Notes: generated from the letters alone by a model not told the origin. A DNA stretch of 64,000 bases from Octopus sinensis (GCF_006345805.1 NC_043006.1:33542001-33606000), one strand, 5' to 3'. Positions 25,063 through 38,534 are shown, numbered from the stretch's first letter. Numbers and translations: made by a program.

Positions 25063-25454
25063 CAAGAACAAAAGCATTCACAATGCTAGTGAAAAAGGAA
25101 AAGCTTTTAACTGAATAAAGAAACTTGTTGATTTACTACATTTGCTAAAATATTAACAAATACTCAAGTCTTCTGACGAACCACACGTAATTATGATTCT
25201 GATATTTGACCACAGGTCAGCCACAGCTGAGCAAACTTATGATCAGAAAGTGTCACACCTTAATCTGTCTTGTTTTGCAGACATAGTATATTTATGACTT
25301 CATTACCCGACATGTCTTTGTTTTTAAAGGGTGCAATTTGAGGAAGGCTTGCTTGTAATTTCCAGCAGATTGAGTGACCATGTAAGGGTTTTGTTGCTGG
25401 TTTGACATAACCTTTTTTTCTTTTTAGGCATGTGTGTGTGTGGGGGGGGGGCAT

Positions 25455-25865
25455 CATCATCATCATCATCATCGTTTTTGCATCCACTTTTCCATGCTTG
25501 CATGGGTCAGATGGAATGAGTTGAATCAGGTTTTCTGGATAACCCACCTGTTGCCAACTTTCACCTGTCTCCAAAAAAAGTAATAACGTTCCTCCCCGCC
25601 CTACCCCTGGCCAGACATATTTTCGTGGAACATTGGAAACAAAGAACACTGCTGTACAATGGTGACACTCGTTTACAACTATAAGGAGATGCCAAATATC
25701 TCTCGCCACCCACACATATGATGGGCTTCTTTCAGTCTCCATTGACTACATCTGCTCACAAAGCTTTGGTTGGCCTAGGGCTACAGGTTGGCCATGGTGC
25801 CATACAGTGGGACTGAACCTGGAACCATGTGTATGGGAAGTAAGCTGCTTAACCATACAGCTATG
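25455..25865 (-). mobile_element. (GAT)n-tailed retroposon fragment plus family A 5' half
   Basis: catcatcatc...ttccatgcttgcatgggtcagatgg tail, followed by a family A head. Confidence 0.6.
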
Positions 25866-26559
25866 TATTTGTGTGTGTTTGAAATTAGCTATTTTAACGT
25901 TTGAGCCTTTTCTTAAAATAATTATCTGAATGAAGAGAAGTAAGCTTGCCATAACCAAGGAAAGAAACCAGGTCATGTTCTCCACTAGCCAGAAGCTTAT
26001 TTCTTGATCTATAGTGCTGGCCACCAGTTTTATGTAATAGTTCCTTTCTTAGATTGGTGCCAGACCCAGAAATATGCCAAAGGATGAGGTATAGTCAATT
26101 GTATATATCCATTAGAATACAGCTGGTACTTGGCTCCGCAGGTTCTTGAACTTAGAAAACTTAAAACATAGAATACAAAGAGAGGAAGAAAAAAACGTAA
26201 TAAATGCTATCTGGCATTCGATAATGTTCCCGCCACTCTATTGAGTCCTGACTCATCAATATATTTCCCTGATTGGTTTTGTGTTTGCTCCTGTAGTTTA
26301 AAAAACATTTAATCTTATCTTCTTGTGGCTCTACGTGAGAAAGCAGGAACAATTGTCAGCCAGCAGACCGCTGTTGCTGTTGCTACTGCTGTTACACAAT
26401 TGCTGTTTTCGTGAGTCAACGAAAGCAAAGAAACAGAAAAGATAATTACAGTTGAAGACCAATCAATAAAGCGACTTTTCATACGGACACACCTATTTTA
26501 TTGTAAACAGAAAGCTTCGCTATTGATTTTTACTTCTTTCCTTCCTTCTTGTTGAATCT

Positions 26560-26912
26560 TTTATCTTTTACTTGTTTCAGTCATTGGACAGTGGCCAGGT
26601 TGGGGCACCACTTTGAAGGTGTTTTAATCAAACAAATCAATCCCTGTATTTTTTTGTTATGTCTGGTACATATTCAAGCAACCTCTTTAAAGGGACATAA
26701 ACAAACTAACACCTGTCGTCAGGCAGTGATGGAGGACAGCCATAATACACACGTATATATAATGGGCTTCCACACAGTTTCCATTTATTGAATCCATTCA
26801 CAAAGCTTTGGTTGGCCCAAGGATGACACTCGCCCAAGGTGCCATTCAGTGTTACTGAACCAGGAACCATGTGGTTGCAGAGTGAGTTTCTTATCCACAC
26901 AGCCATGCCTGC
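26560..26912 (-). mobile_element. SINE family A, old copy
   Basis: tttacttgtttcagtcatt...aaagctttggttggccc...cacacagccatgcctgca. Confidence 0.8.
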
Positions 26913-27083
26913 ATGTAAGCTAATGAGTTCCCACACTGGGAATTAAATCTGAATGTTAGCAAGGAATCCTAAGTACCAGACCATAGTGGTACTAGGTTTG
27001 ATATGAAAGGCAGAGGGAAGTGGCCAGGCAGAAATGTGTTTTGTGATGCTTTTCTTCCCAAGTCCACCTTGAGCTAACTAGAC

Positions 27084-27271
27084 CAGTGGTTTCCAACCCT
27101 TTTAATATCAGGGTCTGATCCCAAACCGGTTATCCGGGTCTGATCCAAAAGTGAAACACAAATCAATCAAAGAGACATTTATTATATTTATAAAGGGAAG
27201 ACTGCAGGGGGCCATCAGAAGGATGCTTGAGGGCCACATGCAGCCCTGGAAGTCACGGCTGAGAACGGCTG
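27084..27271 (+). mobile_element. hAT-like MITE (same family as 1838-2034)
   Basis: CAGTGGTTTCCAACC...attatatttataaagg...gggccacatgcagccc...ggctgagaacggctg. Confidence 0.7.
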
Positions 27272-28199
27272 AACAAGACAATCGATGATTCCAACTGTGA
27301 CCATCTCATCATTTTAGGAAGTATATAGGATTGCATTTTCCAAATCTGTCCCTTCCTCCCTCAACACAACAGGGAATGATCTGAGGGAGATTTCAGTAGA
27401 TCAAACAACAACATAGAGGCTCCCTTCTTGGGTGCATCTTACAAAGTTGTTATTGATGGTTTTAGCCTTAATTGAACAAGCCTATAATTCTTTCTCATTT
27501 TGTCACAAAACCAGCTATTTTCAGAGGAAGGGATAGTCAATTATATCAACCTCACTACTTCACTTACACATTATTTATCTGCCCTGAAAGGATGAAAGGC
27601 AAAGTTGACCATGGCAGCATTTGAACTGAAATTCTGAAGAGCCAAAAGAAATTAAGATGGTATGGTGTAATAAAATGGAGGTTTGGCTGCTATTTTTAGC
27701 CAGTCAAACAGCTGCATTGAGAATTCTCATTAACTTCTTTATGAGGGAGTATTTTAGTGACATAAATGATGGGGTGGAGGTGAAACAAATGATTATCTCA
27801 GGGTTAAAACTTCGTTAATATTGAAGCAATGATGCGCACAAGGAAAAAGATGGGTGATGTGATTGTGTAATATTCATGCCTTTCTCATGAGTATTTAATG
27901 ACATCAATGAAGTGAAACTGATACAAGCAGATGTTGAATAAGTTGAAATGAATTTTACAACCCATTCAAAACATAGCAAAAACTATAACCCTGAAGACTA
28001 ACCCTCCTCTTCAGGGCCACATCTGAGATGGTGGAGCTGATACATGTGCAAACATTGTAAACCCAATTGCTAAATCTTCAATTTCTCCATCCAAAGACAT
28101 CATATTGTCCCCTGATTATTCTACCACTGTCAAAACAACCTCCTTTTCTTCTTTTTTTCCTCATAAATCCTACGACTCAAGGCAGGAGATTAACCCTGT

Positions 28200-28428
28200 T
28201 TCAATGGCATCTAACTAACTGACATTACAACATTCCCCCACTGGATGGGATGCCAGTCCCTCACAGGTTAACTTCCCAGTTATTGCAGAAGCTTTTTTAC
28301 AGCTGAGGAGATTGGAACAGCATGAAAGGTTTTTTTGTTCAAAAACACATTACACCACCCAGTCTGGGAATGGAAACAATGATCTTATGATTGCAAGTGC
28401 AATGCTCTAACCTCTAGGCCACATGCTT
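28200..28428 (-). mobile_element. SINE family D variant
   Basis: ggatgggatgccagtcc...tacagctgag...gctctaacctctaggccacatgc. Confidence 0.7.
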
Positions 28429-28613
28429 TCACACAACAGTCTCTGCTCCACAGAATCAGCAACTCACACACCATATTCTGTGAAGCGTATGACACGAATT
28501 TGTCTTTCTCTCCTGCTCCAGACCCTGCACTAAAGACTAACCCTAATCCTTCATTACCTCACAATTCTTGGCTGCCCTCTGAAAGTCTTAGGTACTGTCT
28601 CTTTTTTCTAATA

Positions 28614-29003
28614 ACTCTTTACTCTTTTACTTGTTGCAGTCATTTGACCGCGGCCATGCTGGAGCACCACCTTTAGTTGAGCAAATCGACCCCAGGACTT
28701 ATTCTTTGTAAGGCTAGTATTTATTCTATCAGTCTCTTTTGCCAAACCACTAAGTTATGGGGACGTAAACACACCAGCATCGGTTGTCAAGCGATGTTGG
28801 GAGGACAAACACAGACACACAAACATATACACACACACATACACATATATACATATATATGACGAGCTTCTTTCAGTTTCCGCCTACCAAATCCACTCAC
28901 AAAGCTTTGGTTGGCCTGAGGCTATAGTAGAAGACACTTGCCCAAGGTGCCACACAGTGGGACTGAACCCGGAACTATGTGGTTCGTAAGCAAGCTACTT
29001 ACC
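28614..29003 (-). mobile_element. SINE family A, full length
   Basis: tRNA-like head aggcataggagtggctgtgtggtaag...gggttcagtccc, CORE-like gcaccttgggcaagtgtctt, internal microsatellite, aaaagagtaaaagag tail. Confidence 0.9.
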
Positions 29004-29270
29004 ACACAGCCACTCCTATGCCTAGGTCAGGGTTTGCAATGAAAGGGCATCCAGCCACTGAAAATCTGCCTGAACAAATTCTGTCAGACCCATGCAAGCA
29101 GGGAAAAGTGGACAGTAAACACTGATAACACACACACACACATACACACACTTATATTATGTTAGATAATATGTCTCATGGCATATCTGGCAATTGTGAG
29201 TGTTTATAAAATACATATCTGTTAATGCATTATGGAAAGTAGAAAACACTAACTGTTATATCACTTGCAG

Positions 29271-29315
29271 AAATAACAACAACTACTGCAGCAGCAACAC
29301 TTTCATACATGTAAG
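29271..29315 (+). other. Candidate 45-nt exon
   Basis: Branch-like cactaac, acceptor ttgcag, donor AAG|gtaagt; one frame is open (NNNNYCSSNTFIHV); no transcript evidence. Confidence 0.35.
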
Positions 29316-29879
29316 GTAAGTGCTCCACATATGAAAAAGCATGTACAGACACAGTTCTACTTTACACTTATCTCCATATTAAATAATATTGTGGGAGGAC
29401 AAGCGTTCATAGCCATTGTGTCAATCGACACAGCATGCCATCTAATGTTGTACATAACAACCGATTGGTTAAGTACAGCACAAAGCTTAGAATAGGTTAA
29501 AAACAAATTCACTCTAATAGAAACCTAGTAAGCTCTTTGGCTTTTAAATAGTTATCAAGCACTTAGGATTCAAACGAGAGCTCTTAATTACTTGTAGCAG
29601 CAAACAATAATATATTTATTAACAATGTATGTAGCGTGTGCATGTGTATATGTGTGTATGTGTGTGTGTGTGTTGTGTGTGTGTGTGTGTGTGTGTGTAC
29701 ATAAGGTAAACTGGTAAAATGTAAGCAAGCTTGACAAAATGCTTAATGGCGTTTCATCTGCTTTTATATTCCAAGTTGAAATCCTACAGATATTTACTTT
29801 GCCTTTCATCCTTTTGGGGTCAATAAAATAAGTACCAGCTGAACGCTGGGGTAGATGTAATTGACTTCCCCACCCCTTA

Positions 29880-29919
<40 letters not shown>

Positions 29920-29924
29920 AAAAA

Positions 29925-30107
29925 TAGGCATAGGAGTGGCTGTGTGGTAAGTAGCTTGCTTACAAACCACATGGTTCCGGGTTCAGTCCCACTGCGTGGC
30001 ACGTTGGGCAAGTGTCTTCTACTATAGCCTCGGGCCAACCAAAGCCTTGTGAGTGGATTTGATAGATGGAAACTGAAAGAAGCCCATTGTATATATATGT
30101 GTGTGTG

Positions 30108-30172
<65 letters not shown>

Positions 30173-30395
30173 GTGTGTGTGTATATGTTTGTGTGTCTCC
30201 CACAACATCACTTGACAACCAATACTGGTGTGTTTTTTGTTTATGTGCCCATAACCTAGTGATTCGGCAAAAGAGACCGATAAAATAAGTACTAGGCTTA
30301 CAAAGAATAAGTCCTGGGGTCGATTTGCTCGACTCAAGGCGGTGCTCCAGCATGGCCACAGTCAAATGACTGAAACAAGTAAAAGAGTAAAGAGT
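29925..30395 (+). mobile_element. SINE family A, full length
   Basis: Same architecture as 28614-29003 in the opposite orientation, with a longer internal (TA)/(TG) tract. Confidence 0.9.
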
Positions 30396-30511
30396 ATAAT
30401 GGAGAAATTATACAAAATGTATAAATAGATGATGAGTAAAGCACAGTTTCAATTACCCGTTGTTATCCGTAGATTTATTGCAGGAACTACGTAGTGGTGG
30501 TTGGGGTAACA

Positions 30512-30723
30512 GTATTAATAAAATAGGAGATGGAATGTGTGATAGACTTTATTGAGTACAATACATGTTTCAACCCGTTCTGGATATCTTTGGGTACATC
30601 AATAAAATGTCTCACTAGAAATTTTTTGAGTCAGCTTTGAGTTGAATGTGATGCATGTATAGTGGTATGTAAGCCGACTCAAGAAGTGTCTACTGAAACT
30701 TCCATCTCCTATTTCATTAATAC
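30512..30723. mobile_element. About 210-bp element with 22-24-bp terminal inverted repeats
   Basis: gtattaataaaataggagatggaa versus ttccatctcctatttcattaatac, 1 mismatch. Confidence 0.65.
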
Positions 30724-31224
30724 CATATATACATATATATACACATATATTTGAAGAAAATCAAATTCTAAAAACAACAAAAATTCAAGATGGATGTTCG
30801 CAATTCTTATTATTAGGTCGGTGGTGAAGGAAGGAAAAACAGTTATAGAATATAAGTAAAAGGCTTTGGACAAAGTCCTTCATCAGATATTAGAAGTAAG
30901 TCCAGGAGAGACAAGTAAGAGAGGAAAGAAAATATATATAAAAGAGAAAAGAGCAAAAAAAGGAAAAAAAGGCAACTGGTTTAAGTTAACATCTTCAACC
31001 TCTGACAAACTGGAAATGTGAGATGTAATTGTGGTTTCATTGCGAAGAAAGTGAAACAGAAGTGTGTGTGTGTGTAAACAGCTAAGACTTTAAAATACAA
31101 ATTGTATTTAAGACATCTACAAGTATGGCCTAAGACAAGAAGCAAAAATGCTACTACTAGAGTTAAATGCTATATCTATTACTTCAGGTGATTGTGCCAC
31201 CAATTACAATAAATTATGTAAAAA

Positions 31225-31435
31225 GCACCTGTGCTGGTGCCACATAGAAAAACATCTGAGGCGGTGCCATGTAAAAAAGACCCAATACACACTGTAAAGT
31301 GGTTGGCATTAGGAAGGGCATCCAGCTGTAGAAACCTTGCTAAAATGGAGCCTGTTGCAGCTCTCTGGCTTTCCAGCTCCAGTTAAACTGTCCAACCCAT
31401 GCCAGCACATAAAATGGACATTCAATGATGATGAT
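31225..31435 (+). mobile_element. Family C: RTE-type 3' end with (GAT)n tail
   Basis: ggttggcattaggaagggcatccagctgtagaaac...gtccaacccatgccagca...atgatgatgat. Confidence 0.8.
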
Positions 31436-32197
31436 CCACTGATTCCCATTTTGTTCATCCCTTGAGCTAAGTCAAGCCAAGTATTGAGTGTTATGTATCT
31501 AGGAATACGATATGCAATGTGTCCCTTCCTTTTCAATACAGTGGTGTGTAATTTGAGGGAGATCTGGCTGCTAGTCTCAGTAAGTCGAGTGACTGTCTAC
31601 CCACCAACCTTCCCCCCCCCCCCCCCGATGCTTAGAGATTCTTTCATTTGCTTTGAGTCTTTTCTATAACAGTAAAGGCCTGGCCTGATTAGAGATGTCA
31701 TCTGAACGTCTGTGATTTTTCTATCACTGACAGATTTGTAATAGAATATAATTGGAGAGAGGATGTGTGTGTGTGCCTAAATGTGTGTTTGTGTATGCAC
31801 ATGTGTGTGGGTGACTGAGAGAGAGAGAGAGAAAGGGAGAGAGAGAGAAAGAGAGAGAGAGAAGAGAGAGAGAGAGAGGAGAGAAGAGAGAGAGAGAGAA
31901 AGAGAAATATTAGCAAAAGCTTAAAAGCTTAGCTAAGTATAGTGCATGTGTGTGTGTGTGTGGTATGTTTGTAGATAGGAATATAATAATCCTAATAAAA
32001 AAAAAGAAGAAAAACATGAAAGCCATTAGAGCAACAGGAATAAGAATAACAACAAAAGCTAACAAATCAACTCAATAAAAAAATTTCTTTGATAGCATTT
32101 GTTCCTCTAAGTAAACTCTCTCCACCATTTCTATTCATTGTGTGTGAGTTGTTTAAACATGGTGTGTGTGTGTAGTATATGTTAATATCCATGTAGT

Positions 32198-32490
32198 GCA
32201 GGCATGTGGTTTTGTGGTTAGGGTACTTGGCTCATGGTCATAAGGTCGTAAGTTTGATCCTTGGCTAAGCAGTTAGAGTGTTGGACTCATAATTGTAAGG
32301 TTGTGATTTCAATTCCTGGATTGAGCAATGTGTTTGTGTTCTTGAGCAAAGCACTTTATTTTATGTTGCTCCAGTTCACTTAGCTGACAAAAATGGATAA
32401 AAACTTAGATGGGCTGGTGTCCAATCCAGCAGGGAATATGTAAGCCATAGAAACCAGGAAATTGGCCTTATGAGTCTATATGACATGAGA
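32198..32490 (+). mobile_element. SINE family D with a doubled tRNA-like head
   Basis: Two successive A/B-box-like heads before gttcttgagcaaagcactttattttatgttgctccagttcac. Confidence 0.7.
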
Positions 32491-33249
32491 AAGAGCTGCA
32501 TCCTTTGTGTGTGCATGCATCACTATAAACACAGTGTTAGATGGAAATTTTTGCTGTAGATTTGAGTGTGTGTGTGTGTGCATTTTTTGGGGTCATAATT
32601 AGTATTGACCTTCACCATGACCACCATTATCTATCATCACCACCAATACCAATATGACCACCACCATTACCAACCCATCAACTCTTTAATGACCAAGAAC
32701 TCTATCAAAAAAAATAAATAAATAAAAGACAATTACAAGAGATAATATGGTACCCCAAGATCTTAAAAGTTGAATGAAATGTTTTTGACTTTAGGTCAAT
32801 GACAATTAACTCGAGGCTAAACAGAAACAAACATAAATAAATAAAAAAAAACAATATGAGCACTGCCACCCACCATGAACAATATCTCAACCATTATCAT
32901 TAACCAAATGACTTTTGAATAATCAACTGACAACAATAATGGCATCAACATAATAGCAATGTCTGTAGCTACATATGTTGTATGTCAACACAGCAGTGTG
33001 TGCACCTTGTATGTGTGTGTGTGTATGAGTGTATGTGCATGTGTGTGTGTGTGAGTGTGGGCAAAATAGCATGGGATTTTATGGCTCAAGTGAAAGATGC
33101 ACATGAACCTAGTAACCCCTCAACTAACCATAATCATACAGTACTCCCCCTCACACCACCCCACTCCTCTGCTTTTGCCATTCCTACATCCATAGGAAAA
33201 TTTAGCTGGGATAATGAAGGGAAAATAACAAACATTAAAGCAAAACCTC

Positions 33250-33682
33250 CTGTGTGGTTGTGTGGTAAGAAGCTTGCTTCCCAACCACATGGTTCTGGGT
33301 TCAGTGCCACTGTGTAGCACCTTGGACAACTATCTTCTACTATAGCCTCGTGCTGAGCAAAGCCTTGTGAGTGGTTTTGGTAGATGGAAACTGAAAGAAG
33401 CCCATCATATATGTGTGTGTGTCTATGTGTGTGTGTGTGTGTATGTGTGTGTGTGTGTCTTTGAGTCTTTGTCCTGCCCCCTCCCCAACACTTGACAACT
33501 GGTGTTGGTGTGTTTACATCCTCATAACTTAGAGGTCTGGCTAAAGGGAGACCAGCAGACGAAGTACCAGGCTTAGAAAAAAATAACTCATAGGGTTGAT
33601 TCATTGGATTAAAAGTTCTTCAAAGTTATGCTGTAGCATGGCCACAGACTAATGACTGAAACAAGTAAAAGATAAAAGATAC
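33250..33682 (+). mobile_element. SINE family A, full length, old
   Basis: Head through aaaagataaaagat tail, with CpG decay. Confidence 0.85.
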
Positions 33683-34125
33683 GAAACTGGGAGTGGGGGT
33701 GAGAATGAAAGAGTGATAAAAAATAAGGTAGGGGAGGAAGGTAGAAAACTAATGAATGAGCCAAGTATATTGTAGAAGACTAATTAACTTGACAATAAAA
33801 GTGAAGCCCTCCTCCTCCTCCCCCCAAATGTACATTCTCTCTTCACAGCTCCTCACACCTCCCTCTTTATGCAGGAGGAGATGAGGGGAGAAAGGCAGAG
33901 TAATCTATATAGAGGTCTTACTCACACTGAACAGATATCTTCACCACCATAACATGGAGACACCCCTTCAACAGAGTAGAGGTGGAGTGTAGCCATACCA
34001 ACATACACACACACACGCATGTGTGTTGTGTGTGTGTGTGTGTGTGTATTTCTGTGGTATTCAACTGACAGTACCAGTGGACTGGATATTTTACACACCT
34101 CTTTCAAGGAATTTCCTCAGTTTGT

Positions 34126-34197
<72 letters not shown>

Positions 34198-34407
34198 CAG
34201 AAATTAAAATGACAAGGAAAAGATCTTATGTCACGAATTTCATTAGCTTAGTTCTGACACTGGTATTGGTATCACTAAGCCTAAGCAAAGAATAATACAC
34301 ACACACACACATGCGACTATATCATCATCATCATTTAATGTCTATTTTCCAAGCTGGCATGGTTGGACTTGGCATGGCCACAACCTCAAGACTGAAACAT
34401 TAAACGA

Positions 34408-34449
<42 letters not shown>

Positions 34450-34506
34450 TAAAACATTATTGGTGAATTGAAGAAATGGAGCTGAACGCAGATTGAACAG
34501 AAATCG

Positions 34507-34609
34507 TTTTATTCATCATTCTACACGTGTTTCGAAAGGCACAAATTACCAAAATCCGATTGAATAATGGGACCATATTGGTCTTTCTCTTCAGGAAGAA
34601 AAAAGAAAA
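34507..34609 (-). ncRNA. Candidate type I hammerhead ribozyme with intact core
   Basis: CUGAAGA (34594-34588), helix II GAAAG/CUUUC, GAAA (34533-34530), palindromic helix III ACACGUGU, GUA cleavage triplet, imperfect helix I (about 12 of 15 pairs). Confidence 0.6.
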
Positions 34610-35069
34610 TCCGTTGGAAAAACAAAAACAGAACAGAGGCGGAGCAAAAACAAAAACAAAATTATATATATATATATATATATATAATGCTAAAACGAAT
34701 CTGTGTGTCAGTGTGTCACACTTTGACCCCCCCTCTCTCTCACTATTTAATGACACTTCTACTCCTCTTGTTGGGGTGAGGGTAGGTATAGACATGTGAG
34801 GGTGGTAGTAGATTGACAGTTGAGATGGTAATGGAGTGTTGGTAATAGTATGAGCTGTAGTTGCGATAGAGGCAGAGGCAACTGGTGATGATGGTGGTGG
34901 TAGCTGAGGCGGTCAAGCATGGCAGTGATAGTAAGTCACTTGGAATGGGTCCAGAAGATATAGAAACCCTTGCTTTGGATGGTGAACAAAGGTGTGGAGT
35001 GGAGTGAAAGCATTTGAAGAGGCCAGGATTACGCAAGCAAGACTCAAAAGAGATTTAAGCCAAAGCTCG

Positions 35070-35460
35070 AATATATATACATACATATATATACATATAT
35101 ACATACATCATATATTATACATATATACATACATACATATACATATACATACATATTATATATATACATACATATATATATACACCTACATACTATATAT
35201 AATCCATAATTATAATATTACATATACATACACACCATACCTACATATATATACATACATACATACCTATATATACATACATACATATATATATACTACA
35301 TACATACATATATATATACATACATACATACATATATATATACATATTACATACATATATATATATACATATATACTACATATATATATTACATATATAC
35401 ATACTACATATCATATATACATACATATATATCTATATATATATATATATCTATACATCC
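35070..35460. repeat. Complex (TA)/(TACA) microsatellite
   Basis: Near-continuous alternating purine-pyrimidine sequence; a similar tract at 36990-37525. Confidence 0.9.
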
Positions 35461-35938
35461 ACCACAGTTTCTTTTCTGTTTCCGTCTACCATGATCCACT
35501 CACCGGCTTTGGTCGGCTGAGGCTATAGTGAAGACCTTGCCCAAGGTACCATGCAGTGGGACTGAACCCAGAACCATGTGGTTGGTAAGCAAGCTACTTA
35601 CCACACAGCCACACCTGCGCCTGTTTCTGGTTGTTTTTTAATCAATCTTCTTTTGCCAAACCACTAAGTCACAGATATAAGCAATCCACCAGTGGTAGCA
35701 GTGTGCTGGCAACACACACACACACACTTACATCCAAATATATGATGGACTTCCATACAGCTTCTGTCAACTATAAACATATTTATTATGATATCTTTAC
35801 ACATGCAAACACACATACGGTTTAATACACACACACACACAAACTTATACACAAACTCACTTGCAGACACACAAACTCTCTTTCTTTCCCTCCCTCCCTC
35901 TCACTCTTTCTATCACACACACACACACACAAACATGC

Positions 35939-36190
35939 CTATAATGGATAATGTATGTTTATAAACACAGTTTTAGAGTTGGAGCATAATGAGTAAGAGT
36001 TATGCATCTGAGTATGGATTTTATCACCAAATGTCAGTGAGGATTTTGTTTTGTCAGATAAAACTATAATGGATAATGTATGTTTATAAACACAGTTTTA
36101 GAGTTGGAGCATAATGAGTAAGAGTTGATGCATGCTGAGTATGGATTTTATCACCAAATGTCAGTGAGGAGTTTTGTTTTGTCAATAAAA
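35939..36190. repeat. 125-bp tandem duplication
   Basis: ctataatggataatgtatg...gttttgtc repeated; copies differ mostly by 1-bp indels. Confidence 0.9.
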
Positions 36191-38534
36191 CAAACGATAA
36201 ATGATCAGACAGGATAATCTCAGTAAATCTATGATAATTCATCTAATAATTCCTGTGTATGCAGAAGAGTCAGAATCAGTTAGCGTGTAAGTGTCTGGGA
36301 GAGACAGAGAGAGAGAGAGAGAGAGGAAAGAGAGAGAGAGGAAAGAGAGAGAGAGAAAAGAGAGAGAGAGGAAAGAGAGAGAGAGAGAGAGAGAGAGAAG
36401 AGAGAGAGAGGAAAGAGAGAGAGAGAGTTTGTGTCTGTCCATATTCTACTGATGAAGTGAAATAGAGAGTGATTCCAGTATTAGCACTACTAATTCTTCA
36501 TAGGTCTTGAGTTCAAATCCAAGGCAAAATTTCCAACGTATGTTTTTGTATGAGGTGAGCTATTTCTCCGAACACCAACAAGCAGTGCATCAGATTGAAG
36601 AGAATAGCAGTGGTTCAGTTGAAGGGAGAATGTAAAGGTCCTGAATGGATTGAGAAATTAATATAGCACACACACACACACACACACACACACGAAGCTG
36701 TAATGATCATAGATGTTTGGTTTGGCCTGTTTTTCCATCTTGATTGTAGAAACACTTTTTTTTGACATCCGAGGTCTTATAGAGAAAATGATAAAAACAT
36801 AAACAGAATCCCAGTTTGAAAGGTAGCAATGTCACAAGACTTAGGGGTTAGACATAGATTCACATAGAATCTACTGCAAACAGGCATGCATACACTTTAT
36901 ATAAACTCATATACGTATATATAAATATGCTTACAGTATATGAAATTATAACTGACATTTATAAATAACTCACTCATAAGTTAGCTTCGTGCATCCATAA
37001 ACATCGTTGAGTATACATGTATGTGATCACACAAACATACATATACATACTGTATATAACTATACATACACACAAACATATATATACATACATATGCATT
37101 CATATACATACATATGCATTCATATACATACATATATATAACTACACACATATACACAAACATATACATACATATGCATATATATATATATATATATCTA
37201 TATATATATATATATAACTATTCACACACAAACATACCTATACATACACATATATACATATACATACATATTTTATATAACTATACACACAAACATACCT
37301 ATACATATGCATATATATACATACATGTCGAATATAACTACACACACACACACATACATATACATACATATTGTATATCTATACACACACACAAACATAC
37401 ACATACATACATACATACATATGCATACATATACATACATGTATATAACTATACACACACAAACATATACATATACATATATATATACATACACAGTGTA
37501 TATAACTATACACACACACACACACATAAAGACATTCCTAAACCACCACCACCACCATCACACTGCATTAGTCAACCAACCACATGAACAGTAACAGAAG
37601 AGCCATTCTATTTAGTCAATTAAATGCCAGAGGTTCTAACAGCAACAACAGCAACAACAACATCACTGCCAACCAACCAACAATCTAATGCCAGTTAAGT
37701 TAAACAAACAAAGGACCATTACCATCCTTGTTCTTTCTCTCTATGGGTTTCTCTATGGCACAAGTCTTTTATTCTTTTGTTCTCTTTCCATTTTCTTTCT
37801 CTCATTCTTTCTTTTGTTTTATGTTTTTGTCATATTCTTGGCATGGAAGTCAATTTAGTCACCAGAAAAGTAACAAAATATGAGCTAGACAGAGAGCCTA
37901 TATGTAATTACATGACCTACTAGAAATAGCAGGCAAATTCCTCTCAAAACATGCCTCACGTTATCTTTAAGGAAGGACATAGTAGTTAATGTAGTCCCAG
38001 AAACATAAGACAAATACAGGCCTACCAAATACTATACAACATAAATTCTTGGTTTAATGAAATTATCTCCACCTCTAGGGGATGTAACATAATAACCAAA
38101 TAGCAATTAAGACCAGCTCCACTTGAGAAGGGGAGATAATTTTAAGAAACAACACTGTCGTGTAATATCTGTTTTCCAGGCTGGCATGGGTTGGGCAGTT
38201 TGACAGGATCCAGTGAGCTGTAAGGCTGCACTGAGCTCCAGAATTAGCCTTGGCATGGTTTCATTGGTTTGATGCCTTTCCTGATGCTACCCACTTTACT
38301 GTTGTGGTCTGGGTATGTTTTTTTTGCCACCCCCACTACTGAGTGGGGGTGGCACAAGTCACCTGCAAGACAGGGAAAAAAAAAAGAAAGAAAAACCGGA
38401 AAAGACAGAAAGAGGAAAAAATGCTCTTAAGTAAGTATGCGGTAATAATAGTCTGAGGAAGAACTGGCTGCTATTTTTAGCAGGTTGAGCAACCAGGTAG
38501 CAGTTTCTTTATTGACTCGGAGTTGTTATTCTGA

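Noticed and set aside
25746-26024. ORF with a transmembrane-like segment (FWLVENMTWFLSLVMASLLLFIQIII)
   Set aside because: No minus-strand splice sites; runs into a SINE; hydrophobic ORFs are common in AT-rich DNA
27990-28018. CCCTGAAG/CTTCAGGG hairpin
   Set aside because: Short stem, expected by chance; no GAAA for a hammerhead
34209-34295. Signal-peptide-like MTRKRSYVTNFISLVLTLVLVSLSLSKE
   Set aside because: Stops after 28 codons with no convincing donor
36444-36460. CTGATGAAGTGAAA
   Set aside because: No helix II, III or I complementarity
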